NCBI GenBank assembly: GCA_039030295.1
Contig: JBCCEK010000005.1
Coordinates: 1-61,549, forward strand
Length of the DNA stretch: 61,549 bases
Source of the DNA: Myxococcota bacterium
GTDB taxonomy: Bacteria; Myxococcota_A; Polyangia; Polyangiales; Houyiibacteriaceae
Direction of reading: 5' to 3'
Shown here: piece after piece, positions 1 to 11,527 of the stretch
How positions within the stretch are numbered: the first letter of the stretch is position 1
Layout: each line of letters opens with the position of its first letter
Made by a program: the position numbers and the translations under genes
Notes under the pieces: generated by a model
Told to the model about the DNA's origin: nothing
Databases searched by the model: none
Seen by the model: only the letters and a program-made list of their open reading frames with translations

Positions 1-1
1 C

Positions 2-2491
<2,490 letters not shown>

Positions 2492-2707
2492 GGGTCACTC
2501 CGCCCCCCCAAAAACCCCCTAGGTCAGGGTACTTAAAACCCACACCCCGAAAACCCACAACCCCCCCACCGTGCTCCGGGCGTTCGGGCGGCGCGGTGCC
2601 GGTGTCAGCGCCCGAGGGCGGGCGTCGCGGGGCCTACGGTTTGAGTTTTCGCGGTGCGGGTTGTAAGTGCTTGGGATGAAAGGAGTTTTGGGGGGGCGGA
2701 GTGACCC
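2492..2707. repeat. ~216-bp long imperfect palindrome (MITE/REP-like) with 22-bp perfect terminal inverted repeats
   Basis: 2492-2513 GGGTCACTCCGCCCCCCCAAAA is the exact reverse complement of 2686-2707. The arms continue imperfectly inward (gtacttaaaacccacaccccgaaaacccacaacc vs rc gcacttacaacccgcaccgcgaaaactcaaacc). Confidence 0.8.
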
Positions 2708-4838
2708 TGAGGAGGGCGTGGATGGCGGCTTCGACTCGGGGGATTTCGGCGGCGACTTGGTCGACGAGATTGCGTGCGGGGGCGACGGTGGCTTCGCGCT
2801 CGATGGCGCCGAGAAGCTCGCCGACGCGGGAGGCGCCGATCTGTTTGCTGGCACCCTTGATCGAATGAGCGGCGTTGCGGACGGCTTCCATATCGGACGC
2901 GTCCAGCGCTGCCCCGAGCGCGTCCACCGAGTCACGTAGTTGATCGATGTACGCGACCATGACTTCTTGGATGAAGCCGTCGTCGTCCTCGTCGAGGGAA
3001 ACCAACTGACGAACCATGCGCATGTCGAGTGCGGAACCAGGCGTCGTGATCGACGTTCGCTCGGTGATCGGCTTGTCCTGGTTCTCGAGAGAAACCCAGC
3101 GTCCGAACATTCGTTGCAGCGTCGTCGCACGGACGGGCTTGCCCATCGTGTCGTTCATGCCCGAGGCGAGGCACCGCTCGCGTTCCTCTTCGTCGATGCT
3201 TGCTGTCAGCGCGACGATCGGCACCTCTTGGTTCCTCGAACCTGAACGGATCCTCTTGGCTGCCTGAAATCCATCCATCATTGGCATCTGGAGATCCATG
3301 AAGATGATGTCGTACTCCTTGATACGAGCCATCTCGAGTGCGTCTCGACCATCGATCGCGATGTCGACTTCGCAAGTGAGCTTCTTCAGCAGTGCCTCGG
3401 TCACCATGGCGCTCGTCGGGTTGTCTTCCCCAAGCAGGACCCGCAGGCCTTGGCGAATCAGCATGTCACTTGCGCCGTCTCCTCCGGGCACGCGAAGCGT
3501 GTCTTCCGGGCCTGCGTTCAAGTCGAGCTCCAGCCAGAACGTCGTCCCGGAGCCGACCTCAGACTCGACGCCGAGCTCCCCACCCATCAGATCCGCGAGC
3601 TGCTTCGAGATCGCCAGACCGAGGCCAGTCCCGCCGAACCGGCGGCTCATGGTCTCATCTTGCTGCTGGTACCGAGCGAAGACCTTGCCGAGCGCTTCCT
3701 CAGGAATGCCGATCCCCGTGTCGCGGACGGAGAGGCGAACGCGCGGACGTTCCCCCGGTCTGACGACCTCGGCCCGAATGGAGACCGAGCCCTCCTCGGT
3801 GAACTTCACCGCGTTTCCGACGAGGTTGAGCAACACTTGGCGAAGGCGGTTCCCGTCGCCAACGAAGCGTGTCTGCTTCAACCCGGCGAGTTCGACGTCG
3901 AGTTCGAGGCCTTTCGCAAACGCTCGCGGTTCCATCAACTCGGCGACGCCGTCTGCGAGCGCACCGAGATCGAAAGCCGTTTCCTCGAGCTCTAGCCGCC
4001 CTTGTTGGAGCCTCGAGAAGTCTAGGATGTCGTCGACCACACGGACCAGCGAGTCCGTGGAGTCTCGAATCGCGCTCACCATTTTGATCTGCTTCGGGTC
4101 GAGTTCCGTTTCCAACAACAACGAACCGAGCCCGCCAACCCCACTCATCGTGTTCCGGATCTCGTGACTCGTGTTGGCGAGGAACTCCGTCTTGGCCCGT
4201 GACGCGCGCTCGGCGGCCGCGCGCAGCTCGTGGAGCTCGACCAACGTTCGTCGGCGAACGACGTGCATGCCAAGGGTGACGGCCGAGAACCCAACCAAGT
4301 ATCCCACGCTCCGCCCCCAGTTGATGTCATCCATCGACAAAGAGATGATGAGCCACCCGAAGTCGCCGACCGCCATCGTCGCCAGTAGCCAGGCTCTGCT
4401 GTGGAGCAAGGCCCCCGCTCCGAACTGCAGCAAGACGAACAGAAAGAACGTCGAGGGATCGCGTCCGAGCGCATACCCAAGAATCACGGAGCCGGTAATC
4501 GTCATGAAGACCACGCCCGCGGCGTGAATCGACCACCGAACAGGCAGCGGCTGGTTCTTCGTACGCAACGCGAATGCGAGCAGAGCAACTCCCGTGACCC
4601 CGTATACAGACGCCAATGTGGTCGCGGTGTCGCCCGTGGCCGACCACAGCTGCCCGACGGCGAGCCCAAGGTAGGCGAGGCCCGCGCAGATCGACATCGT
4701 GACGATGTGCTCCGACGTGACGAGGTCGAGCATCGCTCGCACCTCCTCCGGCGACAGTCTCGTCCTCGCCTCGACCGTTTCGTTCGACGGGGCTGTCCCT
4801 ACGCTCCAACGACCAGCAAACTCTCTTCGCCCACCCAC
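2634..4838 (-). CDS. Membrane hybrid sensor histidine kinase (TM region-HisKA-HATPase-REC-Hpt)
   Basis: About 6 hydrophobic segments; H-box FLANTSHEIR, N-box NLVGNAVKFT, G-boxes DTGIG and GGTGLGL, receiver DIIFMDLQMP, Hpt AHSIKGAS. Start uncertain (alternative ATG 4733). Confidence 0.93.
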   Translation of the reverse strand: MGGRREFAGRWSVGTAPSNETVEARTRLSPEEVRAMLDLVTSEHIVTMSICAGLAYLGLAVGQLWSATGDTATTLASVYGVTGVALLAFALRTKNQPLPVRWSIHAAGVVFMTITGSVILGYALGRDPSTFFLFVLLQFGAGALLHSRAWLLATMAVGDFGWLIISLSMDDINWGRSVGYLVGFSAVTLGMHVVRRRTLVELHELRAAAERASRAKTEFLANTSHEIRNTMSGVGGLGSLLLETELDPKQIKMVSAIRDSTDSLVRVVDDILDFSRLQQGRLELEETAFDLGALADGVAELMEPRAFAKGLELDVELAGLKQTRFVGDGNRLRQVLLNLVGNAVKFTEEGSVSIRAEVVRPGERPRVRLSVRDTGIGIPEEALGKVFARYQQQDETMSRRFGGTGLGLAISKQLADLMGGELGVESEVGSGTTFWLELDLNAGPEDTLRVPGGDGASDMLIRQGLRVLLGEDNPTSAMVTEALLKKLTCEVDIAIDGRDALEMARIKEYDIIFMDLQMPMMDGFQAAKRIRSGSRNQEVPIVALTASIDEEERERCLASGMNDTMGKPVRATTLQRMFGRWVSLENQDKPITERTSITTPGSALDMRMVRQLVSLDEDDDGFIQEVMVAYIDQLRDSVDALGAALDASDMEAVRNAAHSIKGASKQIGASRVGELLGAIEREATVAPARNLVDQVAAEIPRVEAAIHALLRVTPPPQNSFHPKHLQPAPRKLKP

Positions 4839-4869
4839 ACGTACAAGTTATCGGCTGAAGGACTGAGTT

Positions 4870-5742
4870 TCACGGGTTGGACGCGTTCAGTTTGTGACGC
4901 GCCTCACCAATCGTGCGGACCGCCGCATCGTGTACCCGACCGTTCGACGCGATCAGCTTTCCGGTCCGGGGGTCGACGGGGCCACCGTCGTAGGCAGAGA
5001 GCTTCCCCCCCGCCTCCGCCACGATCAGCGCCCCCGCACACATGTCCCAAGCATTCAGTGCCTGCTCCCAGTAAAGGTCGTACGTGCCGTCAGCCACCAA
5101 GCTGAGGTCGATCGCCGCCGAACCGCATCGTCGGATGCCCCGGGCGCGCTTCAGGAACAGGGAAAGCTCGGCCAGGTTGTTGTCGACCCGCGTCGCGCGA
5201 TCGTACGGAAACCCCGTGGCGCATAGCGACTCTTCCAGGCTTTCGCGTTCCGACACGCGGCATGGCTTCCCGTTCCGGAACGCACCTCCCTCACGCGAAG
5301 CCTTCCAGGTCGTCTGAAGTGCAGGCGCATGGACGACGCCGGCGAGCCCAGTCGAGCCGTGGTAGAGGGCGATCGACACACAGAAAAACGGATGACCGTG
5401 TGCAAAGTTCGTCGTCCCGTCGATGGGGTCGACGTACCAAACGAAGTCGCCTTCGCCCGTGTTCTCGTGCTCCTCGCCGACGATGCGATGATTTGGAAAA
5501 GCGTCCGACAGACCGTTCCGAATCAAGGTCTCGCTCCGCAGATCGTAGTCGGTGAGCAGGTCGAAGCGCCCCTTGCGCGCAACCTCCGTGCCCGAACGCC
5601 AACCCTCCATGATCAAGGTACCGGCATCGAGCGCGATTCGCTCCGCTACCTGGACCGCAAGTTTGCAATCGTCCCCACTCAGCATGAAGCCCTGCATTTT
5701 CGCGGATTTCGGGAGTGGCGCCATCCTTTCGCCAGAAGCCAT
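4870..5742 (-). CDS. suhB: Inositol monophosphatase family protein (SuhB-like)
   Basis: GEE, WYVDPIDGTTNFAHG, RRCGSAAIDL and WDMCAGALIVAEAGG motifs. True start may be ATG 5685. Confidence 0.88.
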   Translation of the reverse strand: MASGERMAPLPKSAKMQGFMLSGDDCKLAVQVAERIALDAGTLIMEGWRSGTEVARKGRFDLLTDYDLRSETLIRNGLSDAFPNHRIVGEEHENTGEGDFVWYVDPIDGTTNFAHGHPFFCVSIALYHGSTGLAGVVHAPALQTTWKASREGGAFRNGKPCRVSERESLEESLCATGFPYDRATRVDNNLAELSLFLKRARGIRRCGSAAIDLSLVADGTYDLYWEQALNAWDMCAGALIVAEAGGKLSAYDGGPVDPRTGKLIASNGRVHDAAVRTIGEARHKLNASNP

Positions 5743-5838
5743 GGGATGTTCACTGGCGTTCCCTCCGCAAAACCCGTAAAAGGCCAGGCGCTTCGGCGCC
5801 GCCGGCGCTCGGGCGTCCCGGTGTAGGGAAGTGTGGTT

Positions 5839-7533
5839 ATGGCTGAGAAAGACATCCTAACGCCGAAGCTTCGCAACCCGCTCGATGCCGACCCTTCCGC
5901 GGCGGAATCGGCTGCGAAGGAAGGTCCGTACGAGCGCAGCGTTCGCGAAGGTGCCGCGCTCAGAGAGCGGCCGCGCACCGCGGCCGGGCCGGTTCAGATC
6001 GGGCGCCAGCACGCCAAGGATCGGATGACGGTTTGGGAGCGGATCGACATGCTCCGGGACCGCGGTACCGAGCCGACGATTCTGTACCAGAACTGGGGGC
6101 CCAACCTCGATGGTGCATCCATCGTGACCGCGGTAGTCCAGATTCAAGGACGCAGCGTCGCGTTGTACGGGCACGACTTCACGGTTCGCGCTGGATCGAT
6201 GGACGCGACCAACGGAACGAAGCTCGCCAATCTGATTCGCCTCGCCGGAGATCAAGGGCTTCCGTTGATCGGCATGAACGACAGCGCGGGCGCCTTCGTT
6301 CCTGCGGGCATCGGCGGCCTCGACGGATACGCCGAGGCGTTCACCGCGCTGCGCCAGATCAGCGGTGTGGTGCCGAGCATCATGTGCATGTTCGGCTACA
6401 ACGCAGGGGGTGGGTCATACCTGCCGCGCCAAGGCAGCTTCATGATTCAGCCGAACGACACGTTCTTCGGTCTGACAGGGCCAGGCGTCGTTAAATCGGT
6501 TCTCGGTGAAGACGTGACCGCGGACGAGCTCGGTGGGCCCGGGGTACACGGTCAAAGTGGCGTTTCCGACCTCACCGTCAAGGATGAGGTTGGTGCGCTT
6601 CGGACGGCGCAGCGCCTCCTCAGCTACCTGCCCAACAACAACCGTGAGTTCGCCCCCTATCAAGAGACTTCGGACCCGATCGATCGTCCCACGGGGGAGG
6701 TAGACACCCTGCTCCGGAAGGCCTTCAACTCACCGACGGGCTTCAACACGCCGATCGACGTCAGCATCATCCTCCAGCAGATCTGCGACCACGGCGACTA
6801 CTTCGAGATCCAGCCGCAGCGTGCACGCAATACGATCACGGCGTTCGGACGCCTCGGCGGTCACGTCGTCGGCTTCGTATGCAACAACAGCTCGGTTTCT
6901 TCAGGCCAGATCGACGTCGACGCAGCCTTCAAGAACTCCCGCTTCATCAGGTTCTGCAACCTCTACAACATCCCCGTCGTTTTCATGGAGGACACGACCG
7001 GGTTCTTGCCTGGCCGTGACCAAGAAAGCCGGGGCATCGTTCAGGCGGGCCGCGCGATGCTCGACTCGATCATCGACCTCCGCACCCCGCGACTCCTCTT
7101 GATCATCCGAAACGCTTTCGGTGGCGCGTACGCGGCATTCAACTGTTACGCGGTCGGCGCGGACCACGTCATGGCACTGCCGACCACGCGCGTCGCGGTC
7201 ATGGGCCCCGCCGGAAAAGAGTTTGTGTACAAGAAGGAGCTTCGTGCCGTGCGCGCGGAGGCCAAGACTCGAGTGCGCGACGCGATCGAAGCCGGAACCG
7301 AGAAGGAGGCTGCGGCCGAAGATGCCGCCGCATGGTTGAAGGCACAAGAAGCGGCTTTCAACGCTCGTTATGAGACCGAACTCATGAACCCGAAGGAAGC
7401 GCTGAGCCTCGGGTCGATTTCAGAGATCGTGATGCCAACGAACGTGCGCGCTTCGCTGGCTAAGAACTTGAACTTCTTCTTGTCGCACTACACACCGGGG
7501 CCGCTTCAGGCCGTGCAGCGAGAGTTTCACTAA
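5839..7533 (+). CDS. Acyl-CoA carboxylase carboxyltransferase subunit
   Basis: [42 protein letters not shown] and AVMGP are carboxyltransferase (PccB/AccD-family) motifs. Confidence 0.92.
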   Translation: MAEKDILTPKLRNPLDADPSAAESAAKEGPYERSVREGAALRERPRTAAGPVQIGRQHAKDRMTVWERIDMLRDRGTEPTILYQNWGPNLDGASIVTAVVQIQGRSVALYGHDFTVRAGSMDATNGTKLANLIRLAGDQGLPLIGMNDSAGAFVPAGIGGLDGYAEAFTALRQISGVVPSIMCMFGYNAGGGSYLPRQGSFMIQPNDTFFGLTGPGVVKSVLGEDVTADELGGPGVHGQSGVSDLTVKDEVGALRTAQRLLSYLPNNNREFAPYQETSDPIDRPTGEVDTLLRKAFNSPTGFNTPIDVSIILQQICDHGDYFEIQPQRARNTITAFGRLGGHVVGFVCNNSSVSSGQIDVDAAFKNSRFIRFCNLYNIPVVFMEDTTGFLPGRDQESRGIVQAGRAMLDSIIDLRTPRLLLIIRNAFGGAYAAFNCYAVGADHVMALPTTRVAVMGPAGKEFVYKKELRAVRAEAKTRVRDAIEAGTEKEAAAEDAAAWLKAQEAAFNARYETELMNPKEALSLGSISEIVMPTNVRASLAKNLNFFLSHYTPGPLQAVQREFH

Positions 7534-10340
7534 TGGGTTCATCCGACCTCTACCTCCACAACCCGCTGATCCATCGAGAGCGTCGACTCGGCGAATCGGA
7601 ATCTGACTGGGTACGCTCGTTCTCCTGCGAGGACATGACGGTTCTCATCGTGTGCCGCGGGCCAATCCGCCAGGAGACCCTCGATACGTTCGCGGAGATG
7701 GGTATCAAGAAGGCGGGCATCCTGCTTTCGGAGAAAGACTCGATCGTCTACCCACGGGCCCTTGCCCCCGAGCTGCGCCGACTCGATCCGGCCAGGGTCC
7801 ATGCGATCACGGACTACACCGGCGCGTCCAAGGAAGAGCGCGCAGAGCGCATCCAGCAGATCATTCAGATCGCCAAGGACAACGGGTACGAATACGTCTT
7901 TGCCGGCTACGGGTTCATGGCCGAGGACGAAGAGTTCGTCCGCTCGATCGAGGAAGCTGGCCTCAACTTCGTGGGCCCAGGGTCGCACACCGTCCAGGCG
8001 GCAGGGTTCAAAGACGAGGCTAAGCGCACTGCCGAGCGGGTGGACGTCAGCGTCACGCCCGGTGTCAACGACGCCACCGCACGGTTGCTTCTTCGCAAGC
8101 ATCCCGACCGCGCGTCGCTTCGAGCGCTCGCCAAGGAACACGGGCTGTCCGTCGCCAGTCTCGACGACGACAGCGTCGAAGCGAGCGTTCTCGCCGACGC
8201 CCTGCTGACCGCATCGTACGATGCCGGCATCGATCTCTACTCGATCGAGGAGCTCGCATCGCAGATCGAGATCGAGGTTGGTACGATTCTCGAGGGCAGT
8301 CCGGGAAGCCGTGTTCGGCTCAAGGCCATTGGTGGTGGTGGCGGTAAGGGGCAGCGCATCGTGAGCAAGGCGAACGAAGCGCCTGCCATGGTTCGAGAGA
8401 TTCTTAGCGAGGTGAAAGCGCTAGGAGTCGGCGACAACAAGAACATCCTCGCGGAGCTCAACATCGAGACGACGCGCCACAATGAGATCCAGTTGATCGG
8501 AAACGGGGACTGGTGCATTTCGCTTGGTGGCCGCGATTGCTCTCTACAGATGCACGAGCAGAAGCTGCTCGAGGTCTCCATCACGCAAGAGACCCTCGGC
8601 AAAGCGGTCGAACGCGAGCGCGAAGCTGGCAACGAACAACTCGCAGAGGCGATCGGACAGGACTTGACGATCCTCCGACGCATGGAAGAAGAGGCCGAGC
8701 GATTCGGGCAAGAGGTCGGGCTCGACTCCGCGTCGACTTTCGAGTGCATCGTCGACGGACCCCGCCACTACTTCATGGAGGTCAACACTCGGATCCAAGT
8801 GGAACATCGTGTGTCCGAGCTCTGCTACGCCCTTCGTTTTCGCAACCCCAATGACGCCGAGGACTACTTCGACGTGACCTCGATCGTCGAGGTCATGGCA
8901 CTCCTTGCAAAGCACAAGGCCCGCCTCCCACGCCCGGAGCGTGTCGGTCGAAAAGCGGCCGCGGTCGAGGCTCGGCTCAACGCCACCGACCAATCCTTGT
9001 CCCCCCACGCGGGCGGCGAGATCATGTACTGGTCTGACCCGATCGAAGGCGAGGTCCGGGACGACCAGGGAATCTGTTACAAGAACCCCGACACGGGGCT
9101 CTTCATGCGATACAAGCTCGCGGGCGCCTACGACAGCAACATCGCTCTGTTGGTGACGACAGGGGGCGACCGACGCGAGTCGTACGAGCAGCTTCGCGAA
9201 GCGCTGCGGCAGACCGTGCTTCGCGGCCCTGATCTCCAGACCAACTTGCAGTTTCACTACGGTTTGGTCAGCTGGTTCTTGGCGCGAAGCGTCGATGCCA
9301 AGCCGACGACGCGGTTCGTGGTCCCCTACCTCACCCTGATGGGAGAGCTTCTCGAGGCGGCCAACGAGATCGACGTCGACTACGCCTACAAGAAGCTCTC
9401 GGCGAAGTACCTCGAAGCGGCAGCCGCCGACGCCGATGCAGTGAAGGCGACGAACGAGATTGCACTCAGGAAGGCCACCCTGATCGGGCGCCCACTCCGG
9501 CGCCTTCTCGGAGCGCCACACGTGATGTCAGCGTGGCTGAGCACGCACCGCGAAGACTTCGAAGTCAACGAGCGCAGCGTCACGTGGAATCGCAACCCGC
9601 TCATGGTTCTTGCCGACACGTATCGACTGCTTCACATGGAGGCCACCGTCGATGCACCTGCTGCACATCGCATCTGGGAGCAGGATCAAGACGTGCTCGA
9701 TGCCGGGGCCGCTTTCTACGAAGCCCTCAACGCGCGCGTCGGGGACCTCGGGTGGCCCGAGCTCGACGCCCTTTTGGCCCAGAGCAAAGCGCCAAAGGGT
9801 TTCAACGCGGCCGAATGGGCGGAGGTTCGGGAGGTTCACCTCGGCTTCCAGCTCGGAACAGAGCTGCTGGGCCTGCTTCCGAGGCTCGCCGTCAAGGTTG
9901 GCTACTACGATCTCGTCGTCAACGACGACCTCACGATCACGATTCCGAAGCGGCTCCTCGATGCGGAGCACCAAGCCCGGATGAAGAAGGTGTTGGTGCC
10001 GCCGCCCGTCAACAAGGCAGACGAGATCGTCGCGGTCAGCGGTGGGATGTACTACTCGCAAGAGGCCCCGGGGATGCCCAAGTTCGTCGAGCAAGGACAA
10101 CACTTCGACGCCGGGGACGCGCTTTACGTCATCGAAGTGATGAAGATGTTCAACAAGGTTTATGCGCCGTTCTCCGGCACGGTCGACAAAGTCCTGCTCG
10201 ACACCGACGGGACGATCGTCGCCAAGGGTCAGCCACTGTTCAAAGTCACTCCGGATGAGAAGTTCGTCGAGGTCGACGCCACGGAGGTTCAAGCCCGGAT
10301 GGAGGCGAACACCCAGGGCTACCTCGACCTGCTCGGGTAA
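7533..10340 (+). CDS. Biotin carboxylase-biotin carboxyl carrier fusion (acyl-CoA carboxylase alpha subunit, long form)
   Basis: GYGFMAE, GGGGKG, RDCSLQ, FMEVNTRIQVEH, YDS, C-terminal biotinylation motif EVMKM; TAATG overlap with the upstream CT gene. Confidence 0.92.
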   Translation: MGSSDLYLHNPLIHRERRLGESESDWVRSFSCEDMTVLIVCRGPIRQETLDTFAEMGIKKAGILLSEKDSIVYPRALAPELRRLDPARVHAITDYTGASKEERAERIQQIIQIAKDNGYEYVFAGYGFMAEDEEFVRSIEEAGLNFVGPGSHTVQAAGFKDEAKRTAERVDVSVTPGVNDATARLLLRKHPDRASLRALAKEHGLSVASLDDDSVEASVLADALLTASYDAGIDLYSIEELASQIEIEVGTILEGSPGSRVRLKAIGGGGGKGQRIVSKANEAPAMVREILSEVKALGVGDNKNILAELNIETTRHNEIQLIGNGDWCISLGGRDCSLQMHEQKLLEVSITQETLGKAVEREREAGNEQLAEAIGQDLTILRRMEEEAERFGQEVGLDSASTFECIVDGPRHYFMEVNTRIQVEHRVSELCYALRFRNPNDAEDYFDVTSIVEVMALLAKHKARLPRPERVGRKAAAVEARLNATDQSLSPHAGGEIMYWSDPIEGEVRDDQGICYKNPDTGLFMRYKLAGAYDSNIALLVTTGGDRRESYEQLREALRQTVLRGPDLQTNLQFHYGLVSWFLARSVDAKPTTRFVVPYLTLMGELLEAANEIDVDYAYKKLSAKYLEAAAADADAVKATNEIALRKATLIGRPLRRLLGAPHVMSAWLSTHREDFEVNERSVTWNRNPLMVLADTYRLLHMEATVDAPAAHRIWEQDQDVLDAGAAFYEALNARVGDLGWPELDALLAQSKAPKGFNAAEWAEVREVHLGFQLGTELLGLLPRLAVKVGYYDLVVNDDLTITIPKRLLDAEHQARMKKVLVPPPVNKADEIVAVSGGMYYSQEAPGMPKFVEQGQHFDAGDALYVIEVMKMFNKVYAPFSGTVDKVLLDTDGTIVAKGQPLFKVTPDEKFVEVDATEVQARMEANTQGYLDLLG

Positions 10341-10354
10341 GACGAACGAGCGAC

Positions 10355-11404
10355 CTAGAGCCGATCGTCGCGCGCGGTCGCCAAGATGACCCTATTGCGT
10401 CCCGCAGCCTTGGCACGAAAGAGAGCGCGGTCTGCCGTCGCCATCAGCCGCGCCCGAATCTCTGCAGGAGGCTGACCGTTCAGGAGCCGCAAGCCGTTCA
10501 GGGTCGCGACGCCAACGGACACGGTGATTCTCGGGAGGTCACCCTGCGGCCGCATCGGACCTCCCGTACTGGCAGCGACGTGGCTTCGAAGATGGTCCGC
10601 GAGCGCCCGAGCGCTTTCTTTCGAAGCGCGGCGTTGAACGACGACGAACTCGTCCCCGCCGAAACGGAACACCGAGCTGACCCCCGCGGCGGCCTCGTCG
10701 AGAGCCTTGCCTGTGCGTCTGAGCGCTTCGCTTCCGGCGGCGTGCCCAAACTTGCTGTTCACGCGCTTAAGATGATCGACGTCGACGAACATGAGAGCCA
10801 TGTCCCTCTGCTGACGGCGCGCGGCGCCAATTGCGCGCGAAAGCTCACTGTCGAGCTCGCGCACGTTGCGCAGTCCTGTGAGTGGGTCGTGGGCGGCGAG
10901 TAGTTCTTGGTGCCGGAGTGACGCCGTTTGAACCAATGCCGTGGTGATCTGTGTGGCGAGCGCACCAATCGTTCGCTTGTCGCGATCACTGAAACGGCCC
11001 TTCGTCTTCACGAGCTGAAGGAGACCGAGTGTCTTCGAACCATCGCGGAGCGGGCCTAAGAGCACGTCGCCGCTCACTCGCCTTGCGCCCTCTCTGAAGT
11101 GCGGATCGGGTCGTGGACCTGCGCACTGAAAGGCGTCGTTCTTTCGCAGAGCGCGTTGCGCAATCGAGAGGTTGCGCGGCACTCCAATGTCCAGGACATC
11201 TTTCGCACCTGGCCCGAACGCGGCAACGCTTTGCAGCGCGTCGACCCCTGTACCGACGAAGATCGCCCCAGCGTCCGCACCTACCGCGACGGCTGCGGTT
11301 TCAAGACCTTCCTCGACCACGCGCATCGCGGGCCGCGCGCGCGCGTCTTTCGACCCGAGCGCGGATTCGGCGACCCTCGTCCCCCTCAAAGTGTGGATCC
11401 GCAC
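10355..11404 (-). CDS. GAF-GGDEF diguanylate cyclase
   Basis: N-terminal GAF-like region (LGLLQLV...FSDRDKRTI), then DPLTGL, DVDHLKRVN, RFGGDEF and ADRALFRAKAAGRN. No RxxD I-site visible. Start uncertain. Confidence 0.88.
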   Translation of the reverse strand: MRIHTLRGTRVAESALGSKDARARPAMRVVEEGLETAAVAVGADAGAIFVGTGVDALQSVAAFGPGAKDVLDIGVPRNLSIAQRALRKNDAFQCAGPRPDPHFREGARRVSGDVLLGPLRDGSKTLGLLQLVKTKGRFSDRDKRTIGALATQITTALVQTASLRHQELLAAHDPLTGLRNVRELDSELSRAIGAARRQQRDMALMFVDVDHLKRVNSKFGHAAGSEALRRTGKALDEAAAGVSSVFRFGGDEFVVVQRRASKESARALADHLRSHVAASTGGPMRPQGDLPRITVSVGVATLNGLRLLNGQPPAEIRARLMATADRALFRAKAAGRNRVILATARDDRL

Positions 11405-11527
11405 CTTCAGATCCTAAGTAGTTCGAGCACGACAAGCCAACTCGCGCCGCGAAGTAGTCGCGTGTAGGTGTCGTTTGCCTTGAAACACGCGTAGAATGAA
11501 GGAACGTAACGAGAGGGATTAAGGGAG

